Assembly: GCA_048938025.1 (NCBI GenBank)
Contig: JBHLMP010000048.1
Location: 1 to 25,954 of the forward strand
Origin: Promethearchaeota archaeon
GTDB lineage: Archaea > Asgardarchaeota > Lokiarchaeia > Sigyniarchaeales > SOKP01
DNA length: 25,954 nucleotides
Direction: 5' to 3'
How positions within the stretch are numbered: position 1 is the first letter of the stretch; each line of letters starts with the position of its first letter. Under the pieces are notes generated by a model. It searched no databases. It had not been told where the DNA came from and saw nothing but the letters and a program-made list of their open reading frames with translations. Below, one piece after another: positions 1-7,659 of the stretch. Made by a program: the position numbers and the translations under genes.

Positions 1-728
1 TCACCTCTTCCTAAATAAGCTTCAAGTACTATTTTATGGGCTGCAACTTCTTCTGGTGGTCCATCAGCAATTAATTTACCTTGATGCATAGCAACCACTC
101 TTGGAACAATATTCATTAATTCACGTAATACATGACCAGTTATGAAGATTGTTGTACCTTCAGCATTAAGTTCTCTAACAAAAGATGTTATCCCTTCTGC
201 TTCTTCATGAGAAAGTCCACTAAATGGTTCATCAAGAAGTACTAGTTGAGGATTAGAGCCTAGTGCCTTTGCTATTTCGAGTCTTCTTAAATCACCATGA
301 GGTAAAATCACAGGGGGCAATCTCGCTCTATCTATGAGACCTGCTGAACTAAGAAGTCTACTTGCATAATCATCGATTCCGACAGTATGAGATATTCTTT
401 TTCCTCTTTGGGAAAGACATGCAACGGAAACATTTTTAAGAAGTGTGAGATAACGGAATGATCTAACTAATTGAAATGTTCTAGAAATACCCAAATTTAT
501 AATTCGAAAAGGTTTTAGTCCAGTAATATCAATTCCATCAAATATTATTGATCCTGCATTAGGTTTTTCAAATCCCGATATGAGATTAAATAATGTCGTT
601 TTACCAGCACCATTTGGGCCAATTAGACCAATAAATTCCCCTCGTGTTATTTCAAAACTAACGTCATTAACCGCTGTTAAACCGCCATATTTTTTAGTTA
701 CATTCTTAACCTCAAGTATTATTCCCAT
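1..728 (-). CDS. livG: HAAT/branched-chain amino acid-type ABC transporter ATP-binding subunit (LivG-like), 3'-truncated by window edge
   Basis: Not in the ORF track; translated by hand from ATG at 728: MGIILEVKNVTKKYGGLTAVNDVSF...GLIGPNGAGKTT (Walker A)...GISRTFQ...LPHGDLRRLEIAKAL (LivG-type signature)...LLDEP (Walker B)...VLEAYLG, open to position 1. GGTG lies upstream of the ATG. Confidence 0.95.
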   Translation of the reverse strand, partial: MGIILEVKNVTKKYGGLTAVNDVSFEITRGEFIGLIGPNGAGKTTLFNLISGFEKPNAGSIIFDGIDITGLKPFRIINLGISRTFQLVRSFRYLTLLKNVSVACLSQRGKRISHTVGIDDYASRLLSSAGLIDRARLPPVILPHGDLRRLEIAKALGSNPQLVLLDEPFSGLSHEEAEGITSFVRELNAEGTTIFITGHVLRELMNIVPRVVAMHQGKLIADGPPEEVAAHKIVLEAYLGRG

Positions 729-762
729 TATTTATAACACCATTCAAAATTTAAATGTTTTA

Positions 763-2085
763 TTATCTTCCCATTAAAAGATCAAATAATTCTTTTAAAC
801 GCTCAATAGCAGGTCTCATGATACCTCGATCAGCAAAACGTATAACGAACATCAAGAAAAGTGAGAAAACTAATACAGGACCATAATCCTTAAGTGCTTC
901 AATGGCTATAACATTCGTAAATAGTTCACTAAATACTTCCCGAAGTATATAAAATATAAATGCCCCCAGCGCAGCTCCGGTAATAGTAGCAAGCCCCCCT
1001 ATAGCTGCCATAATAATTGCGTAAAATGAGTACAAGGGTTGAAAATTTGCATAACTTACGCTTCCAATATTTACCATAAAAAGACTCCCTGCAAGCCCTG
1101 CAAAGAAACTACTAATCATAAATCCAATTAATTTATATTTTGTTGTATTAATACCTGAAGCATCAGCACAAATCTCATCATCACGGATCGATTGAAATAT
1201 AGTCCCCATTTTTGATTTTACTATTATAAGCATAATAGAAAGTGAAATTATCATGAAAATCATCAAAATAAAATATTGTGGAATATATTCTAAATAGCTG
1301 AAACGGGTATGGATCCCATATATTACCTCTTCAGTTAACATTAAGTTAAATACGATCAAGGCAAAAGCTTGGGTTCCTAATGCTAAATATGGTCCTCTTA
1401 ATCTTAAACATGGTATTCCAATAATCAAACCAAACGCTACTGCTACGAATGCTCCAATAAAAATAGCATAATACCAAGGCATTCCTCTGTTTTGAATTAA
1501 TAGTGCTCCAGTATATCCTGCTATTCCAAAGAAAATTGCATGACCGAAACTCACTTGACCAATATATCCTGCCATTAAATCCCAGCTTGCAGCAAAAATC
1601 GTCATAATCATTGCAAGCTTTAAAATACCAACATAAAGTTCGATATTAGGGAGAAATGGAATTAACATTAATATGATTAGGCAGAAAATGGTTAAACCCC
1701 CCTTAAAGGTGAAAACTCGCTTTTTAAAGTTAGAAAGCTGATTAGGTAGGTCTTTAACCAAATTTTTTGTCCCTTTTCCATACGTTGGAAAGAAATTCTT
1801 GACTGATTCTTTATAAATGTGTAATAAAGTTTGAACTTTTCGATTTTCCAAACATAAGATAGCCAAACAAAAGATAGCGAAATAAATAAAAGTAAAATAA
1901 GTAAGAATGAAGTAAAGAAAATCAAAGGAAAGAAATGAAGCAAAATAAAATAAAACAATTAAATAGACAAGTAAAATAAAATAAATTAGAGTAGAGTAAA
2001 TAATGTAATTCAAAGTTTTCTTCTGCATTTTTCTTTCTCGTTTCAGATTTTTAATTGTCTTCTTGTTTCTTGGCTGATCAATCAA
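763..2085 (-). CDS. livM: HAAT ABC transporter permease (LivM-like) with extra N-terminal membrane extension
   Basis: Motifs WDLMAGYIGQVSFGHAIFFG, LRLRGPYLAL, SIRDDEICADASGIN, IGGLATITGA. The ORF track starts at 2112 inside livH. TTG at 2085, 10 nt after GGAGGTG (2096-2102), is the preferred start; ATG 2028 is an alternative. Confidence 0.92.
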   Translation of the reverse strand: MIDQPRNKKTIKNLKRERKMQKKTLNYIIYSTLIYFILLVYLIVLFYFASFLSFDFLYFILTYFTFIYFAIFCLAILCLENRKVQTLLHIYKESVKNFFPTYGKGTKNLVKDLPNQLSNFKKRVFTFKGGLTIFCLIILMLIPFLPNIELYVGILKLAMIMTIFAASWDLMAGYIGQVSFGHAIFFGIAGYTGALLIQNRGMPWYYAIFIGAFVAVAFGLIIGIPCLRLRGPYLALGTQAFALIVFNLMLTEEVIYGIHTRFSYLEYIPQYFILMIFMIISLSIMLIIVKSKMGTIFQSIRDDEICADASGINTTKYKLIGFMISSFFAGLAGSLFMVNIGSVSYANFQPLYSFYAIIMAAIGGLATITGAALGAFIFYILREVFSELFTNVIAIEALKDYGPVLVFSLFLMFVIRFADRGIMRPAIERLKELFDLLMGR

Positions 2086-2089
2086 ATTT

Positions 2090-3148
2090 TTATTCCACCT
2101 CCTTTTTACCAAGTAATCCTTGGGGTCTAAATAAAAGCATAATTATGATGATAATAATAGGAAATATTTCAGCAAACTGAGTTCCAATAAAATAACTACA
2201 AAACGTTCTTGCATATCCAATAAGAAAAGCTCCAAGTATGCTTCCAGGAATGCTTCCCAGACCTCCTAGAACAACAATTGCGAATGACGTCGTTAGAAAT
2301 CCCCAACCCATAGCAGGAGATACTTCTTCTCCAGCACCATATAAAAAGGTCGCCATAGCTGCAAGAATTCCTGAAATTACTAATGTTAACATAATGATCA
2401 TGTCAGCATTAATCCCCATGAGCTGTGCTGCCTCACGATCTTGAGCAACTGCTCGAATTGATTTCCCAATCCTTGTTTTGTTGATAAAAAGATAAATCGT
2501 TACTACAAGAATTATAGATCCTATTATTGCAACAATATATCGGAGAGAAAAGGCAATACCAAAAATCTCAATTGGTTTTTCAACTATAGCAGGAACCCAA
2601 TGTGTTTTCGAATCACTCCATGGCAAAACTTTTACCAGTTGCTCAAAAAAGAATGCTAATGAAAAAGTAGCGAGAAGAACACCAATTGGAGAATCCTGAA
2701 GAGGTTTTATCAGAAAATAAAAAGTAATTATGGTAATAATTATTATTACTAATAATGTAATAATTACACTTGCCGTTAGAAGATAATCCGTACCTTGAAA
2801 GAAGATTAGGAGTGGACTTACGCCTAACATTACTACTAAAGCGATAATAATGCTTGTTACAAAATTATATTCTAAAACTTTCATCATTAAAATTAACACA
2901 AGCTCACCAATAATTACTATTACTATTAAAGTAATGATTAGACTTGCCGTAAAAGTTATTTCCCAAACCTTATAGCTCCAATAAAACGTATACATACAAG
3001 CCAAATAAAATCCACCATGTGCTAAATTTAAAACACCCCCTACGCCGTACACTAATGAAAAACCTAAAGCAAGTAATGAAAAAACAGCTCCTTGCACCGA
3101 TCCAAATAGGAAAACTGAAAAAAGATCAGAAGTAAGTGCATCAACCAT
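2090..3148 (-). CDS. livH: HAAT ABC transporter permease (LivH-like) with internal 58-aa duplication/insertion
   Basis: LLALGFSLVYGVGGVLNLAHG, IRAVAQDREAAQLMGIN, VVLGGLGSIPGSILGA and RPQGLLG are canonical LivH motifs. Confidence 0.95.
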   Translation of the reverse strand: MVDALTSDLFSVFLFGSVQGAVFSLLALGFSLVYGVGGVLNLAHGGFYLACMYTFYWSYKVWEITFTASLIITLIVIVIIGELVLILMMKVLEYNFVTSIIIALVVMLGVSPLLIFFQGTDYLLTASVIITLLVIIIITIITFYFLIKPLQDSPIGVLLATFSLAFFFEQLVKVLPWSDSKTHWVPAIVEKPIEIFGIAFSLRYIVAIIGSIILVVTIYLFINKTRIGKSIRAVAQDREAAQLMGINADMIIMLTLVISGILAAMATFLYGAGEEVSPAMGWGFLTTSFAIVVLGGLGSIPGSILGAFLIGYARTFCSYFIGTQFAEIFPIIIIIIMLLFRPQGLLGKKEVE

Positions 3149-3285
3149 ATTAATTCACATTCTTTAGTTGTTTATTCAGGAATTATGATAATTATATTTT
3201 ATTTTAATTAATATAACTTAAATATTATGTTATTTAAAATTTTAATTTTTTCCTTAATAAGCCTTAATTAAATTCTGCAATTTTT

Positions 3286-3296
3286 AAAAAAAAAAA
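3286..3296 (-). terminator. Oligo-T (T11 on minus strand) putative archaeal terminator after livK
   Basis: A11 run on the + strand about 40 nt downstream of the livK stop; archaeal intrinsic termination occurs at oligo-T tracts. Confidence 0.5.
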
Positions 3297-3334
3297 TAGA
3301 TTTAAATATAAAGAAACCGAATCAATTTAATAAT

Positions 3335-4774
3335 TTACATCCATGGTGGAATTTGTATAGGAGTGTCTACAATCCATTCGGGATATATAAAACCACCTGA
3401 TGTAACAACTGATTTCGTTCCACCCGCTTGCCATTGTACCCATAAAGTAACTGAATAAATCATTCCTGAATCTTGATCATACCCTTCAACTAAGTCGTGC
3501 CTTGCATTAAATGCTACATTGCCCCCAGCACCTTCCATTGGATTGTCCACATCTATTGTCTCTAATTGGTCAACAATAGAATCAGAATAAAGAGTACCAG
3601 CATTTTCAATCGCCCATTGTAACATATAGACGGCGCCATAAGCCCCTACAGCGGTATAAAGGGGATCCATATTCCATTGTTCTACATAAGCATCCCACAT
3701 ATCTATTGTTAAACTGGTTTTATTTGTGCGCGTTGTCGATTGCATGATTATTTCATAAATGCAACCTCCGTTAGTATCGTACCAGTAGCCATTTTTATCA
3801 TCTGGATCATCTCCTAATTGTGACATTACATCTATTCCTACAATCATAAAATCGGGGTGAAGAGTGTTATACTGAGTCATCATTTTGATTCCACCTTGCG
3901 CTGAGATAATAGGGCAAACGATTTGGGCCACTCCATCAAATTGGTTTAGATATCCAGTAAAATCTGTTGAAGTAGCTGTGATTGGATACGCAAGATCTTG
4001 CACTATGGTAAAATTAAACCAAGGATTATTAGTTAACCCATAGTATCCATAAGGGGCGTAATAACCATATAAAATGTTTTTCATGGGTACCGTCCATTCA
4101 AGATTTTCCCTTATAATTGCAACCGTAGTCACGTTTACGCCTAATGCTAGCTCCATGGCAGGTTTAACCGCTAAAGCATAAAATTCAACAATTTCCTTCG
4201 CTAAAGATGTAGAATTGATAGGCATTACCCGGAAACAATACTTATACCTATCATAATCACTTGCAACACTTTGACAGAATGAATCTGTTGCTGCGCCAAT
4301 ATTTATGAAAATTTTATGCTCGTCCATTACCGCTTCCCGATATGTCATTACTGCTTCTGTTCTAAATCCTCCAATAACAAAATCTGGATGGTGTTTGGTC
4401 ATCATTTTTTCTGCTGCTATTTCTCCCTCAGTAACGTCTAAATAGGGATCAGCTTCGCGAGTATTTTCAGATATAAGTCCGAAATAGTAGGTTACATTGT
4501 TAATATTAACACCCCCCGCCGAGTTTATTTGTTTTATTGCTAAGTATGCTCCCTGATAAGCACCTTCTCCTGTTATATCACCAGTATCTCCAAGGTGTCC
4601 AATCTTGATGATACGATTATCGGGAACCCCACTCGGAGCTCCAGGGGTCTTATATCCAGCTGCTTCTTCTTGAATAAGAAAAAACCAGGCTCCAACTCCA
4701 ATCCCAACACCTATAACTGCAATTAATACGATGGCAATTATTCTTTTTGATAATGATTTCATATTTTTGATCAC
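3335..4774 (-). CDS. livK: HAAT ABC transporter substrate-binding protein (LivK-like, type 1 periplasmic-binding fold), N-terminal TM anchor
   Basis: N-terminal hydrophobic anchor (IIAIVLIAVIGVGIGVGAWFFL), IKIGHLG...GAYLAIKQINSAGGV, IGGFRTE, FRV; first gene of the livH/M/G cluster. Substrate cannot be determined from sequence. Confidence 0.88.
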   Translation of the reverse strand: MIKNMKSLSKRIIAIVLIAVIGVGIGVGAWFFLIQEEAAGYKTPGAPSGVPDNRIIKIGHLGDTGDITGEGAYQGAYLAIKQINSAGGVNINNVTYYFGLISENTREADPYLDVTEGEIAAEKMMTKHHPDFVIGGFRTEAVMTYREAVMDEHKIFINIGAATDSFCQSVASDYDRYKYCFRVMPINSTSLAKEIVEFYALAVKPAMELALGVNVTTVAIIRENLEWTVPMKNILYGYYAPYGYYGLTNNPWFNFTIVQDLAYPITATSTDFTGYLNQFDGVAQIVCPIISAQGGIKMMTQYNTLHPDFMIVGIDVMSQLGDDPDDKNGYWYDTNGGCIYEIIMQSTTRTNKTSLTIDMWDAYVEQWNMDPLYTAVGAYGAVYMLQWAIENAGTLYSDSIVDQLETIDVDNPMEGAGGNVAFNARHDLVEGYDQDSGMIYSVTLWVQWQAGGTKSVVTSGGFIYPEWIVDTPIQIPPWM

Positions 4775-4955
4775 TTTTTTAAATAATTTTTTAAATTTGT
4801 GTTTAAATTAAATGTCAATTATATTTTCATTTTTATATATATTTAAAGTTTTCAACTTTTCATATTTTAAATCAATATATTTATAACAAATTTGTTCAAA
4901 ATACGTTAGTAATTTTTAATTTTCATTTACTTATTACTATAGATGTAAAATGTAG

Positions 4956-5358
4956 CTAATTCAGGCATATTTTAATGTATCTTATCTGTATGATTTTAAA
5001 TCCTTGCAAAATGCTAATCATAGCAGGTATTCTAATGAGGATGATAGCTATAAGAAGAAGAGTATAGAATTTCCATTTGACTGAAATAGTATCCTTTCTC
5101 TCTTTATAAGTAATATAAGGTAGTAGGATTGCCCCTAAAAACCATATAGATATCAAAAAGTAAAAGATATACTATACTGTGATAATAAATATAAATAATA
5201 TGGCGATTACCGTTACCTATGATGTTATCGGTTTTTGCATTCTTTGTTTGAATATTAAATCAACATCTTCAGTTTTTTACTAGGTAATAATAAAGAAAGT
5301 GCTCCAAATAGCCCAAGCATTAAAAAAGTAGTATGATACTAATTCAAATGATTTAATT
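4956..5358 (-). pseudogene. Decayed copy of the 3' end (~130 codons) of the giant membrane-protein gene
   Basis: Hand translation LNHLN*YHTTFLMLGLFGALSLLLPS(-1 fs)EDVDLIFKQRMQKPITS*VTVIAILFIFIITV*YIFYFLISIWFLGAILLPYITYKERKDTISVKWKFY aligns with the giant's C-terminus LNYLNWYHSGFVILGLFGLLSLFLPSEKTEDVDLIFKHRMRKLITSWITVIAILFLFISPIWYIIAFWISIWILGIILIPYVIYKERREKISVKWRFY at an offset of 2680-2681 bp. Three in-frame TAG stops and one frameshift in a T6 run (~5273-5278). Confidence 0.9.
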
Positions 5359-5470
5359 TTTTATGAGATTTTAAAATTTTAATTTCGAAAAGGTGTAAAC
5401 GTTTAAATAATAGTTTAATAAAATAGTAAATTAATCAATGAAAAATCTAATTAAAAAGTGAGAAAATTTT

Positions 5471-7513
5471 ATGTCAAAGAGAACTACTATTATTGGGATT
5501 GTTGTTCTAGTTCTTGGTGCGGTAGCTGTACCAACGGGAATATTCTTAAATGATTATATTCGTAACTTAGTCCGTGAAGGAGTACCTGAGGCACTTTTAA
5601 AAATTGAAGATGATGCAACTGAAAGTTTAGAAGATCAAATCCCTCCTTTAGCTACTCCCGATGTTCTACTGGGAATTGAAGATGAAGCTCTTCTTCAATT
5701 AGAAGCACAGCTGCCTGTATTAGCAACTCCACAAGTCTTAGATGAGCTTAAAGATGAGGCAATAGCTCAATTACCTTTAATAATTAATGGTTCAGGAGCC
5801 GCTCTAGCAATAAACCAATCAATAGATGGAGCCGCAGCGATAGCTGGTGATTATGATGTTGCTAAAGAAGATTTCTTTAATAGTCCTACCTTTCAAGCAG
5901 ATTACTCTCCATTCATTCCAACGATTCCACAAGGTGTTTCAGATTATTATGATACTTTATCTGGTGATTTCGACTTTGTTAACCTTAGCTATACCACAAA
6001 TGCTCAAAATTATTTATTATATGGTAATGGACCTTTACCAGGATTAATTACTGATCTTGAACTAGGATTAGGTCTTTTAGGTTATATGGAACTCTATCTT
6101 AACGCGTCTTTAGGAGTTCCTGGTGTAAATGCTACAATGCAGGCTGGTTATAATGCTAATTGGGCTCAACTTTCAGCTCTTGCAGGTTATATTAAGGATT
6201 ACCTATGGGATGTTGTAGTAAAATCTCAATATTCACCATTACCTATAGAAGTATATGCTGAAATATTATTTTATGTTCAATGGTCTAATGGAACCCTTGT
6301 TGAAGATGGAATTGATTTAAGTCTTTTCAAGTCTGGAATACCCCCCGGTACTAAAGGCTTAGAAGCAGGTGTTCCAAATCCAACAAATATAACATTAACC
6401 ACATGTACGAACCTTTGGGATGATTCAAATCCCTTATCATTCGTTAATGATTTAGGAATAATGGCATGGATTAATGTCTCATATCAAACTATGATAGAAA
6501 TGTCTTTTGGTATTAGTACTCCTCAATATCTTCTAGTTCTTGTTTGGTTAAGCAATTTTATCACCAATCTTACACCATTATTAATTGAAGCAGAGACCGG
6601 ATACACTATACCACAACTTGCTCAACTTGCCTTCTATGAACAGTGGGCTAATGGAACTATTCAAGGACAACCGATATTATCTGAGGGTTTCTTGAGTCAA
6701 CTGGATCCATCTTTTGCAGGAGCACCATACTTTGAAGTAGGTATACCAACTCCAAGTAACTTTTCCCTTCTCTTAACCATGGGATTATGGGATGAATCCA
6801 TTCCTGACACTTTTGTTAATATGGCAGGTATAGAAATCTGGCTTAGAGCTGCTGATGGAAGTACAGATGACATCTCTGATTTAGCTTCAGCGTTTGCTCC
6901 ATTTGGACTCACTCCATCAGATTTAACAAATATACTACTTCCTTGGTTAGGTGCTTTTTATACAATAAGAGTTCCCGATCTTCTTCTATATGATACTGGA
7001 TATACGATTCCAGAACTAGCACAATTTGCATTATGGGAACAATGGGCAAATGGTACAATCAACGGATTACCGATACTTACCGAGGGGTTTCTTAGTCTAA
7101 GAGATCCTCCTATCTATGGTCCCCCTTACTTTGAAGTAGGATTAACAGAAGGAGCAACAGGCTTAACTATTCCACAATGTATGGCACTCTGGAACGAAGC
7201 AAGTGAATATTCACTTGTTACTAAGAGTGGAATAAATAAATGGTACAATGCAAAACCAGGCAATACGGTATATGATGATTTAAAGTTAAATAATGGTGGA
7301 ATTTCTGATGGTCAAATGGCTCAAATCCTTTCGTGGTTACCAAAGTTTAGAGATGATATAGTTACTGAACTCGCAATAGAGGAATATAATTTGCCATCTA
7401 ATGCTTATACATTAGCAGATGGACTATTATATGGATTAATGATCCCTGGAATTGCTCTTCTTGCTCTTGGGGGAGTAGCATTAGGGGTATCCATAATTAA
7501 AAGGAAATCGTAA
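5471..7513 (+). CDS. Uncharacterised cell-surface repeat (glyco)protein, N- and C-terminal TM anchors
   Basis: 680-aa ORF; TM at about aa 7-26 and about aa 652-676 with short basic tails (KR, KRKS); acidic ectodomain with many N-X-S/T sequons and two kinds of internal repeat. Confidence 0.9.
   Translation: MSKRTTIIGIVVLVLGAVAVPTGIFLNDYIRNLVREGVPEALLKIEDDATESLEDQIPPLATPDVLLGIEDEALLQLEAQLPVLATPQVLDELKDEAIAQLPLIINGSGAALAINQSIDGAAAIAGDYDVAKEDFFNSPTFQADYSPFIPTIPQGVSDYYDTLSGDFDFVNLSYTTNAQNYLLYGNGPLPGLITDLELGLGLLGYMELYLNASLGVPGVNATMQAGYNANWAQLSALAGYIKDYLWDVVVKSQYSPLPIEVYAEILFYVQWSNGTLVEDGIDLSLFKSGIPPGTKGLEAGVPNPTNITLTTCTNLWDDSNPLSFVNDLGIMAWINVSYQTMIEMSFGISTPQYLLVLVWLSNFITNLTPLLIEAETGYTIPQLAQLAFYEQWANGTIQGQPILSEGFLSQLDPSFAGAPYFEVGIPTPSNFSLLLTMGLWDESIPDTFVNMAGIEIWLRAADGSTDDISDLASAFAPFGLTPSDLTNILLPWLGAFYTIRVPDLLLYDTGYTIPELAQFALWEQWANGTINGLPILTEGFLSLRDPPIYGPPYFEVGLTEGATGLTIPQCMALWNEASEYSLVTKSGINKWYNAKPGNTVYDDLKLNNGGISDGQMAQILSWLPKFRDDIVTELAIEEYNLPSNAYTLADGLLYGLMIPGIALLALGGVALGVSIIKRKS
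5585..5776 (+). repeat. ~2.7 x 72-bp (24-aa) Pro-punctuated amphipathic helix repeats
   Basis: PEALLKIEDDATESLEDQIPPLAT / PDVLLGIEDEALLQLEAQLPVLAT / PQVLDELKDEAIAQLP; Pro codons at 5585, 5657, 5729. Confidence 0.85.
6245..7400 (+). repeat. Three 121-133-aa domain repeats (QW-x-NGT ... E-x-G ... LW[DN] ... GI-xx-W ... WL)
   Basis: Trp codons of QWSNGT/QWANGT/QWANGT at 6281, 6644, 7043; repeats 2 and 3 share GYTIP-LAQ-A--EQWANGTI-G-PIL-EGFLS--DP---G-PYFEVG. Confidence 0.9.
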
Positions 7514-7553
7514 TAAAAGCGACAAAAGTAGAACATAATTATCTAAAATTTAC

Positions 7554-7563
7554 TTTTTTTTTT
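7554..7563 (+). terminator. Oligo-T (T10) putative terminator
   Basis: T10 run about 40 nt downstream of the 680-aa gene stop. Confidence 0.5.
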
Positions 7564-7659
7564 AATTCTTTCAATATGAGTGTTTATAGTATAAATTAGA
7601 TTTTGTAGTCATTTTTCTCCTAATAAATAGGGATTTATTGAAAATTGACATTATTAAAT

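Noticed and set aside
580-2444. ORF-track entries 580..777(+), 1692..1958(-), 2238..2444(+)
   Set aside because: Antisense or alternate-frame shadows of livG, livM and livH; 580..777 is the typical antisense reading of an ABC Walker A region.
4885-4896. Perfect 12-bp palindrome AACAAATTTGTT upstream of livK
   Set aside because: Only two G/C; single occurrence; spacing (ACA-N4-TGT) differs from the ACA-N6-TGT motif; plausible by chance.
4956-5156. 66-aa ORF as an independent gene
   Set aside because: It is the last stop-free piece of the pseudogene relic; its TTG start aligns with a Trp codon of the giant gene and has no SD.
5172-5341. Genome-wide amber (TAG) recoding or pyrrolysine
   Set aside because: fadH ends with TAG (22632-22634) at its expected C-terminus, intact genes have no in-frame TAG, and the relic also has a frameshift.
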